32,000 nucleotides of DNA, taken from NCBI GenBank assembly GCA_000387965.1, contig APJZ01000004.1, forward strand, positions 1-32,000. Direction: 5' to 3'. Of this stretch, positions 7,601-14,356 are shown in pieces; positions within the stretch are counted from its first letter, which is position 1, and every line of letters begins with the position of its first letter. The translations under genes and the position numbers were made by a program. The notes under the pieces were generated by a model. It was given only the letters and a program-made list of their open reading frames with translations. It made no database searches and had not been told where the DNA came from. The stretch is from Candidatus Nanobsidianus stetteri (GTDB lineage Archaea; Nanobdellota; Nanobdellia; Nanobdellales; Nanobdellaceae).

Positions 7601-8806
7601 TTATATAACAGCTAAAAATAATGGTAAATTGCTTTCATCTAAAATTATTACATCTTTTGGATAATTTTTATGAGCCCTTTTAGATTTAATTTCTATTTTT
7701 AAATTACTTGCAATAACATCTATCTCATAACTATTTCTATAATAATATACTTCCCCAAACCTTCTTTTTAAATGAGATTGTACAATCCATTCATATAATG
7801 CACTTTCTAGAAATTCTGTATTAGTCCATATACTTAAAGTTTTTGCCAAAAATGGATCTAATATAAAAAATTTTCTTTCTTTTCTCCAAATTATTTGTTT
7901 TTCTTTAAATAGAGCATAATCTAATATAAATAACCTTCTAAAAATTTCTATATAGTCTTCAACAGTCTTATAAGAAACCCCGACTTCATTTCCTATTGAT
8001 GAAAAAGATAGAGGAGATGGAGCTTTAGATAAAATTGTGGATATAATTGCCTTGGATAATTCAAGATTTCTTCTCGATCTTAAAATTTCATTTTCTATAG
8101 AACTTATAATTTGAAGACTTGTATCTTTATAACCATTTATTGATAAAGGATATCCACCAGTTTCAATATAATTTTCAAATTCTTCAAATATTTTTGGTTC
8201 TAATCCAGATAGATTATTCATTCCTTCTAAAATGTTTTCATATTTATTTATTTTTATTCCTTTTATATTTAAATATTCTCTAAAACTTAAAGGATAAACA
8301 TATATATCCTTTCCATTTCCCCTTCTACCGGGAAATAATTCTACTTCTCCCTTTAATTTTATAGAAGAAGAACCTGTAATAGTTATAACATCATCTTTAA
8401 ATTTTCCTATATCTATATATAATTTAATTGTTCTCCACCAATCATTTACATATGTAATTTCATCTAAGAAGATATATGATGTTTTTATATTTCTTTTTTC
8501 TTTTATTTTTAAATAATAATCAATTACTTTTTTTAACTCTTCAAAATTTGTTAAATTTGAACAATCATAATAAAATATAGCCCAAGGATCCTTATTTTCT
8601 AATAATTTATTTATTAATAATTTTATTCCAGTTGTTTTACCAACCTGTCTGGGTCCTATAATAAAATTCAGTGAAAAAGGTTCTAAAGAAATATCTTTTA
8701 ACCATTCAGGTATCCATCTCATTTTCATATTTTCCCATCTTTCTATTACTATATCCTTTTGATTAATATACCATGGGTTAAAGTAATATAATAGTTCATC
8801 ATTCAT
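7601..8806 (-). CDS. AAA+ ATPase of the COG1373 type (AAA_14 plus DUF4143-like HTH and nuclease-like C-terminus)
   Basis: Walker A GPRQVGKT at 8633-8656 and Walker B YIFLDEITY. There is a wHTH-like segment (SIGNEVGVSYKTVEDYIEIFRRLFIL) and a C-terminal restriction-endonuclease-like pattern (YEIDVIASNLKIEIKSKR). Confidence 0.8.
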   Translation of the reverse strand: MNDELLYYFNPWYINQKDIVIERWENMKMRWIPEWLKDISLEPFSLNFIIGPRQVGKTTGIKLLINKLLENKDPWAIFYYDCSNLTNFEELKKVIDYYLKIKEKRNIKTSYIFLDEITYVNDWWRTIKLYIDIGKFKDDVITITGSSSIKLKGEVELFPGRRGNGKDIYVYPLSFREYLNIKGIKINKYENILEGMNNLSGLEPKIFEEFENYIETGGYPLSINGYKDTSLQIISSIENEILRSRRNLELSKAIISTILSKAPSPLSFSSIGNEVGVSYKTVEDYIEIFRRLFILDYALFKEKQIIWRKERKFFILDPFLAKTLSIWTNTEFLESALYEWIVQSHLKRRFGEVYYYRNSYEIDVIASNLKIEIKSKRAHKNYPKDVIILDESNLPLFLAVI

Positions 8807-8827
8807 ATTAGAATTAATACTTCTAAT
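8807..8827. promoter_or_regulatory. Operator-like palindrome 1 (ATTAGAA-N7-TTCTAAT) between the TATA box and the ATPase start codon
   Basis: 7-bp perfect inverted arms. 16 of 19 positions are identical to the second copy at 8842-8860. It abuts the ATG (8804-8806). Confidence 0.55.
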
Positions 8828-8829
8828 AT

Positions 8830-8839
8830 ATTTATAAAT
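8830..8839 (-). promoter_or_regulatory. TATA box ATTTATAAAT for the ATPase gene
   Basis: Palindromic TATA element 24-33 nt upstream of the ATG at 8806. Confidence 0.6.
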
Positions 8840-8841
8840 CG

Positions 8842-8860
8842 TTAGAAGTCATACTTCTAG
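8842..8860. promoter_or_regulatory. Operator-like palindrome 2 (TAGAAG-N5-CTTCTA) immediately upstream of the TATA box
   Basis: TTAGAAGTCATACTTCTAG has 6-bp inverted arms and repeats the 8808-8826 motif 34 nt away. Confidence 0.55.
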
Positions 8861-9207
8861 TAATATTTGGGTACTTTCATTCTTACATTTATAATCTACA
8901 ATATTTAGAACTAAAATCATTAATAATTTTATTTGCTTTATAATAATATGTAGAATTTTTGAGATATAATAAATTCAAATAAATCTTTTTTCCATTATTA
9001 AAGTTAAATTTTAATACATAATTATCATCTCTTAAGATAAATTTTTCCATACCATTAAAAGGAAATTCTTTTATTATTTTTACAAAATATAATCAATAAA
9101 AATTTCGAAAGATACCAATATAAAGGTTAAAAATATTCAATCTTAATGAAAATTTTAGCTGAATATTATAGTAAAAAGTTTTTAAATATTATATTAAAGT
9201 TATAAAA

Positions 9208-9840
9208 ATGGCGAACGAAGATTCTATAGGAAAAGCTCTAACTAGAGTTATTATATATTCAGTAATATTTGTAATAGCCATGGGAATAGTACAGTGGTTC
9301 TTCACAGCAGGATTACAAATATTATATAATATGACAGGAATTGGAGCAATTTTAGGATTGGAGAATTATTCAATATATGCTATTATCCTTGTATTGATTA
9401 TATTTGGGTGGTTTGTAATAGTCGCAGTAGCATCAATGTTTTATGCAATATTTAAACCAAAGTATGGAGAATCTACAGCTTCTGCAATAAGAAGTTTAAT
9501 AAAAATTTTAGGAATTGGTGGTCTATTTGCAGGTATTGCTGGTGCAGTTGGAGGTGGTGTTGCAGGAGTAGCATTGGGTGGTTTTATTGGTATGGTAATA
9601 GGTTTCGCAACACAGCAAATCTTAGGTCAGGCTATTGCTGGAATATTCTTATTATTAAGTAGACCGTTTGAAATCGGAGATGTTATAGATGTAGCTGGGG
9701 AAACAGATATAAAAGTACTAGATATAAATGCAATGTTTACAAAAGCATTGAGAACTGATGGAAATATAGTATTAATTCCAAACAATATGATAATTTCACA
9801 AAAGATAGTAATAAAAAAGAAAAATAATGAACAGAAATAA
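9208..9840 (+). CDS. MscS-family mechanosensitive channel-like protein, short form lacking the C-terminal alpha/beta domain
   Basis: GFATQQILGQAIAGIFLLLSRPFEIGDVIDVAGETDIKVLDINAMFTKALRTDGNIVLIPNNMI matches the MscS TM3 and beta-domain signature. The protein ends right after it (210 aa). Confidence 0.7.
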   Translation: MANEDSIGKALTRVIIYSVIFVIAMGIVQWFFTAGLQILYNMTGIGAILGLENYSIYAIILVLIIFGWFVIVAVASMFYAIFKPKYGESTASAIRSLIKILGIGGLFAGIAGAVGGGVAGVALGGFIGMVIGFATQQILGQAIAGIFLLLSRPFEIGDVIDVAGETDIKVLDINAMFTKALRTDGNIVLIPNNMIISQKIVIKKKNNEQK

Positions 9841-9996
9841 TCTCTATATATTTTATAAATTTTTCTAAATTATTATCTAAATATTTTTCCTAAATTATAT
9901 TCTAAAATTCTTCCATAATTTTCCATTTCTATAAATAACTATAATCAATATTCATTTTAGAACTTATTTTTAAATTTCTAAAGATCTGAATAGAAT

Positions 9997-10425
9997 ATGG
10001 TTTCAATACCAACCTGGTTTATATATGCTTTAATAGGAGCAATATTTGCAGCTTTTTCACTACATTTGTCAAAATTGAGTTACAAAAACTAAATTCTATT
10101 ACAGTAACAACCTTAAGATCAATCATTATGACAATTATTATATTTATTATATTTATATTGGAAGTTAGAAATATAAACAACCTATTTAATTTGTCTAACA
10201 AAGATTTATATTTGTAATATTAAGTGCTCTATTTGGTGCCTTTTCCTAGATCTCCTTCTTTTATGCATTAAAAATTGGAAAATCTAGTAATATTAACATA
10301 ATAGATAGATTAAACTTTTTATTTACAGTTTTATCGAGTCTTATAATATTAAATGAAGAATTAATAATCCGAAAGTTATTGCTAATATATTAATATTTAC
10401 TGCTTTAGTATTATCGGTTATATAA
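9997..10425 (+). pseudogene. Degraded single-domain EamA/DMT-family transporter gene
   Basis: EamA-like segments lie in three frames: MVSIPTWFIYALIGAIFAAFSLHLSKLSYKN*, KLNSITVTTLRSIIMTIIIFIIFILEV...*, ILSALFGAFS*ISFFYALKIGKSSNINIIDRLNFLFTVLSSLIILNEEL and VIANILIFTALVLSVI*. Lesions are a TAA at 10090, a TAA at 10215, an in-frame TAG at 10247 and a frameshift near 10375. Confidence 0.75.
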
Positions 10426-10439
10426 GATTTTAATAATTT

Positions 10440-11462
10440 TTAGTTAGAATTATAATTATTAATCATATAGTTTATTAATTCATTAACATATGGATTACTC
10501 CATAGTCCGAAAGGATCACCATTAGCTCCATTCCAATCATATATTCCAATTATATCTATACCCATTCCATGTAGCTGATTAATTATAGCTTCATAATATT
10601 TTATTGTAGCTTGATATCCTTGTTCAGAAGGACCATTCCAATATCCCAGACCTTCAGAACTTATATAACCTTCTAAATCTCCATTTCTAAATCCCAATTC
10701 ACCTATGAAAAATTTAATATTATTTTCATCTGCAAATTGTTTATATTGCATAATAATGTTTATCATATATTTATTCATCGAAATATTTCCGTTATTATAA
10801 ATATAATTTCCATATACTTCTAAACCAATCATATCCAATTTTATTCCATAATTATTTAACAAATAATTATATAATTCCACTATTCTTGTTGAATTTCCCA
10901 TATCTACATAATAAAATAAATTTGCTTTTGGTAAATAATTTTTCATTAAAGAATAATAATATGCTAACTGCTCTATTGGAGCTTTATCAATTTCACTAAA
11001 TCCAATAACAATATTTTCTCCTCCATTAGTAATATTTGATAAGTATTCTAAAAATTCTCTAATATTTTGATCATATTGTGATAAGTTTGTAATATTATCT
11101 CTATTAGTTGTAACAAACAAATTTATATAAATTGGTTTTTTATTTTTATTATTTTCATATAAATATAATATTTGATCTAAAGAATGTGTATAATTATCAT
11201 TAAAAGTTACTATAACACCTTCTGTAATGGGGGAATTGCTTTGAAAATAAGAATTCAATAGTTTATAAGTTCCATTGCCAGGTCCCCATGGAACATTCCA
11301 AAATATATATTGCGGATTATTCAAATTATTTGAAATATTTTGATTTAAACTATTATTTATTCCATATTTAAAAATTAATGTTCCTAAAGTAGTTCCCACA
11401 ATAAATCCAGCCAATCCAAATCCTATTAATTTCAAAAAACCTCTCCTATCTTTATCTATCAT
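10440..11462 (-). CDS. TAT-signal secreted protein, possible clan GH-A (TIM barrel) glycoside hydrolase
   Basis: The N-terminus MIDKDRRGFLKLIGFGLAGFIV is a consensus twin-arginine motif (codons at 11430-11447). Candidate catalytic Glu contexts are GFSEID and FIGELGF. The glycosidase assignment is tentative. Confidence 0.55.
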   Translation of the reverse strand: MIDKDRRGFLKLIGFGLAGFIVGTTLGTLIFKYGINNSLNQNISNNLNNPQYIFWNVPWGPGNGTYKLLNSYFQSNSPITEGVIVTFNDNYTHSLDQILYLYENNKNKKPIYINLFVTTNRDNITNLSQYDQNIREFLEYLSNITNGGENIVIGFSEIDKAPIEQLAYYYSLMKNYLPKANLFYYVDMGNSTRIVELYNYLLNNYGIKLDMIGLEVYGNYIYNNGNISMNKYMINIIMQYKQFADENNIKFFIGELGFRNGDLEGYISSEGLGYWNGPSEQGYQATIKYYEAIINQLHGMGIDIIGIYDWNGANGDPFGLWSNPYVNELINYMINNYNSN

Positions 11463-11478
11463 TATTTAATATAAAAAA

Positions 11479-12468
11479 TTACAAGTTCGAAAAAAGAGAA
11501 GTACCTTGACTTTGTATTAACACTATATATGTACCATAATAATCATTTATTTCATATACTGGATATTGTTGACCTTGTTGACTCTGATAAGTACCTATCT
11601 GCTGTACATTTGCAATAGTATCTACATGCAAAATTCCTCCACTTGATGGGTTTGAATTACCTGGAGTTCCGAGAATATAATCAGCCAAGTTAATGTCATT
11701 TCCTACACTATTTACTTGCTGTCCGTCTTGATATAATATTATTACACTACCAATACCATTAATCCATTCCCAAAGACTATTTGAATATGGACCTTGATTT
11801 GAGGTTGGCATTACTACCATAGCATTTCCATTCAATAAATTCTGGAATGCATTATATACATCTTGCCAATCTCTATCCGAAATTACTATATTATAAGGTA
11901 TTTGTGAATCTGGTAAAATCCACTCACCATTCTGTAGAATAGCTTGACTTAAACCTGCTCTTCCCAATACTAAATAAACTTTATAATTAGTTCCATACTG
12001 TCGATTATAAGCATTTACTGCCGATAAGATATTTCCTATGTTAATATTTCCATTCGATACATATTTAATAGGAATTTTCATTTGTAATTTTGTGTTCGTA
12101 AGATAATCATATACTGTTAGATATGCATTATTGATACCTATTTGTGCACCTGTTAATTTTAAAGGTATAAATTGTTTATTGCTATTTCCAAATAATATTT
12201 GCTCCAAACTTTGTGGTTGACTTTGTGGTTGTGTCGTCGTTGTTGTAGTTGTATTCGTTTGTGTTGTAGTTCCTGTAACTGTTTCTGTAACCGTTGTATT
12301 TGATGTATATGTTTCAGTTACTGTAATGGTTACTGTTTCTGTTGCATTTCCTTCATATATTATTTCATTAGTTTTAGGTGAAGATAAATAACCTCCTACA
12401 AATCCTCCAAGAAACCCTGCTCCTGAAATCAATAAAGCCTTTAGGAAATCTCTTCTAGTGAGCCCCAT
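11479..12468 (-). CDS. TAT-signal protein with N-proximal Thr-rich stalk and unknown C-terminal domain
   Basis: MGLTRRDFLKALLISGAGFLGG is a twin-arginine consensus. Residues about 41-87 are Thr/Gln/Pro/Ser low complexity (TETVTITVTETYTSNTTVTETVTGTTTQTNTTTTTTTQPQSQPQS). It lies 16 nt upstream of the next gene. Confidence 0.65.
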   Translation of the reverse strand: MGLTRRDFLKALLISGAGFLGGFVGGYLSSPKTNEIIYEGNATETVTITVTETYTSNTTVTETVTGTTTQTNTTTTTTTQPQSQPQSLEQILFGNSNKQFIPLKLTGAQIGINNAYLTVYDYLTNTKLQMKIPIKYVSNGNINIGNILSAVNAYNRQYGTNYKVYLVLGRAGLSQAILQNGEWILPDSQIPYNIVISDRDWQDVYNAFQNLLNGNAMVVMPTSNQGPYSNSLWEWINGIGSVIILYQDGQQVNSVGNDINLADYILGTPGNSNPSSGGILHVDTIANVQQIGTYQSQQGQQYPVYEINDYYGTYIVLIQSQGTSLFSNL

Positions 12469-12489
12469 ATAACAATAATATCAAAACAT

Positions 12490-12497
12490 TTTATAAA
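12490..12497 (-). promoter_or_regulatory. TATA box TTTATAAA for the TAT-protein operon
   Basis: Lies 22-29 nt upstream of the ATG at 12468. Confidence 0.55.
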
Positions 12498-12578
12498 TTT
12501 TTCTATCCCAACAGTCATTTGATAATAATAAATATATCTTATACGAATATCATTTAAAAATTCTACAAAAATAACTTA

Positions 12579-13217
12579 TCAGATATTTTCTAATATTCTT
12601 TTAATTTCTAATAATTTACTTTGTAGTAACTTATATTTATTAATTATTTCTTCCTTTTCTCTACTAATTTTATCTAAATCAGATTTTATTCTACCAATTT
12701 CTATTTGTAAACTTTTTATTGTTTCCTCTTTATTATTTATTATATTTTTTAGTTCATCCCTTTCCCCTTTTAATTTTTCAATTTCTTCTTTAAGATTTTT
12801 TACTTGATTTTTTAGTTCATCCAATTCTTTATTAGAACTATTAAATGATAAAATTAGATTTAATTGTCCTGATTTTATCTTTTCATATGTTTCTATTATA
12901 AGAGAACCTGCCTTCGTTTTTCCACTAATATGATTTCTTATAGTTTCTTCGGATCTGCCCAATTCATCTGCAATTAAACTTATTGGCATTCCTGCTTTAT
13001 ATCTTGCATAAGCTGCTGCTGCAATTGCCAAACTATCAATCCAGGTAGATCTTTCATTGGGGTCTTTTATTAATTCCAATATTTCTGGTCTATATAAAGT
13101 ACCTATAATTAGAAATGTTTCTAATTTTTTTATATCATTCTTTCCTAATGGATTTAATGGTATACTTTTAAAATCTATATCTATTTTTTCAGATTGTGTA
13201 GAAATAGTATCTACCAT
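12579..13217 (-). CDS. HTH DNA-binding protein with long C-terminal coiled coil
   Basis: The HTH-like segment is MPISLIADELGRSEETIRNHISGKTKAG. The C-terminal ~90 aa have a heptad-like, Lys/Glu-rich composition (ELDELKNQVKNLKEEIEKLKGERDELKN...). Confidence 0.6.
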   Translation of the reverse strand: MVDTISTQSEKIDIDFKSIPLNPLGKNDIKKLETFLIIGTLYRPEILELIKDPNERSTWIDSLAIAAAAYARYKAGMPISLIADELGRSEETIRNHISGKTKAGSLIIETYEKIKSGQLNLILSFNSSNKELDELKNQVKNLKEEIEKLKGERDELKNIINNKEETIKSLQIEIGRIKSDLDKISREKEEIINKYKLLQSKLLEIKRILENI

Positions 13218-13240
13218 AACAATATAGTTGTAAATTAACT

Positions 13241-13248
13241 TTTATAAA
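13241..13248 (-). promoter_or_regulatory. TATA box TTTATAAA for the HTH/coiled-coil gene
   Basis: Lies 24-31 nt upstream of the ATG at 13217. Confidence 0.55.
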
Positions 13249-13318
13249 TCAAATAAAAGGGATAAAATATTAATATGAAAAAATAAATATAAACTATAGA
13301 ATAAAAGATATTAAAAAA

Positions 13319-13687
13319 TTATTCCTTATCAACTTTCCAAATAGCAAACGCCAATAATATTTCTACTATATCTATTATCAATGTTATTTCAGCCAATACA
13401 TTTGTAAATAAAGCATTTATATTACCTCCTCTAATATATTGAACATATCCTACGAATAATAATAATAACATTATTATCCAAAATATAATATTTGGCAAAT
13501 AATATTTCTTCCAATTTAATAGGAATACTAGTCCTGATATTATAGATAATGCTACAAACATTCCTACAAATGCTCCAAATATTGGAAATACATTTACTGC
13601 TACTGCTCCTGCTACTAACATATGTACCCCAGCCCAAAAAGTTGCTAATAACATTCCAATCCAACCAATTATCTCTTTTACTTCCAT
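13319..13687 (-). CDS. Small membrane protein (about 4 TM helices), unknown function
   Basis: 122-aa hydrophobic ORF with TTTATAAA 22-29 nt upstream. Confidence 0.6.
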   Translation of the reverse strand: MEVKEIIGWIGMLLATFWAGVHMLVAGAVAVNVFPIFGAFVGMFVALSIISGLVFLLNWKKYYLPNIIFWIIMLLLLFVGYVQYIRGGNINALFTNVLAEITLIIDIVEILLAFAIWKVDKE

Positions 13688-13708
13688 CTTATAACTTTGT
13701 TATAAAGT

Positions 13709-13716
13709 TTTATAAA
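13709..13716 (-). promoter_or_regulatory. TATA box TTTATAAA for the small membrane protein gene
   Basis: Lies 22-29 nt upstream of the ATG at 13687. Confidence 0.55.
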
Positions 13717-13768
13717 AATACTTTTTAACCCAAATCTAAAAACCTTTATTATCTAATTTAAAAATAAC

Positions 13769-14224
13769 ATGAGACTTTGGTCTTTACATCCAAAATACTT
13801 AGACAAACTTGGCCTTTTAGGTTTATGGAGAGAAGCTTTATTAGCACAAAAAGTATTGCTAGGAAAAACAAAAGGATATAGAAATCATCCACAATTAATA
13901 AGATTTAAGAAAACAGAAGATCCAATATTATATATAGGAACATATTTATATTATGTTTATTTAGAAGGAAAAAGAAGAGGATATAATTTTAATAAAGATA
14001 AAATAATTAAATATGATTTAAATTTAAAAATGCCAGTAACAATTGGTCAAATAAATTTTGAATTTCAACATTTGCTTGAAAAACTTAAAGTAAGAGATAA
14101 AGAAAAATATGAAGAAATAAAAGATGAAAAAACAATAGAACCAAATCCAATATTTTATATTATTGATGGAGATATTGAAGAATGGGAAAAAGATAAAAAA
14201 GTTTTAAATAAAAAGAAGAAATAA
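13769..14224 (+). CDS. Pyrimidine dimer DNA glycosylase / endonuclease V family protein
   Basis: The N-terminus MRLWSLHPKYLDKLGLLGLWREALLAQKVLLGKTKGYRNHPQLIRF is the characteristic signature of this family, recalled from memory. Confidence 0.7.
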   Translation: MRLWSLHPKYLDKLGLLGLWREALLAQKVLLGKTKGYRNHPQLIRFKKTEDPILYIGTYLYYVYLEGKRRGYNFNKDKIIKYDLNLKMPVTIGQINFEFQHLLEKLKVRDKEKYEEIKDEKTIEPNPIFYIIDGDIEEWEKDKKVLNKKKK

Positions 14225-14356
14225 GTTTTTATTTTTAAAAATTATCTAAAAATAAATCATATAAATATAATAAATCAAAACCAAGATAATAAATATTATT
14301 CTTAGTTCTAATTCATCAATATATAGTAAATGTTAAATATAAAAAATATTTTATAT

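Noticed and set aside
10019-10201. Minus-strand 60-aa ORF
   Set aside because: It is antisense to the EamA pseudogene remnants, and its hydrophobic product reflects the complement of TM-coding sequence.
13431-13664. Minus-strand 77-aa ORF in an alternative frame of the 13319..13687 membrane protein gene
   Set aside because: It is on the same strand in a different frame, fully nested. The 122-aa frame gives a coherent 4-TM protein with a TATA box at the right distance, and the nested one does not.
14313-14318. UGAUGA-like box (TCATCA on plus) in the spacer downstream of the oxidoreductase gene
   Set aside because: The first position gives UUGAUGA rather than RUGAUGA, and no CUGA follows at guide distance on the minus strand.
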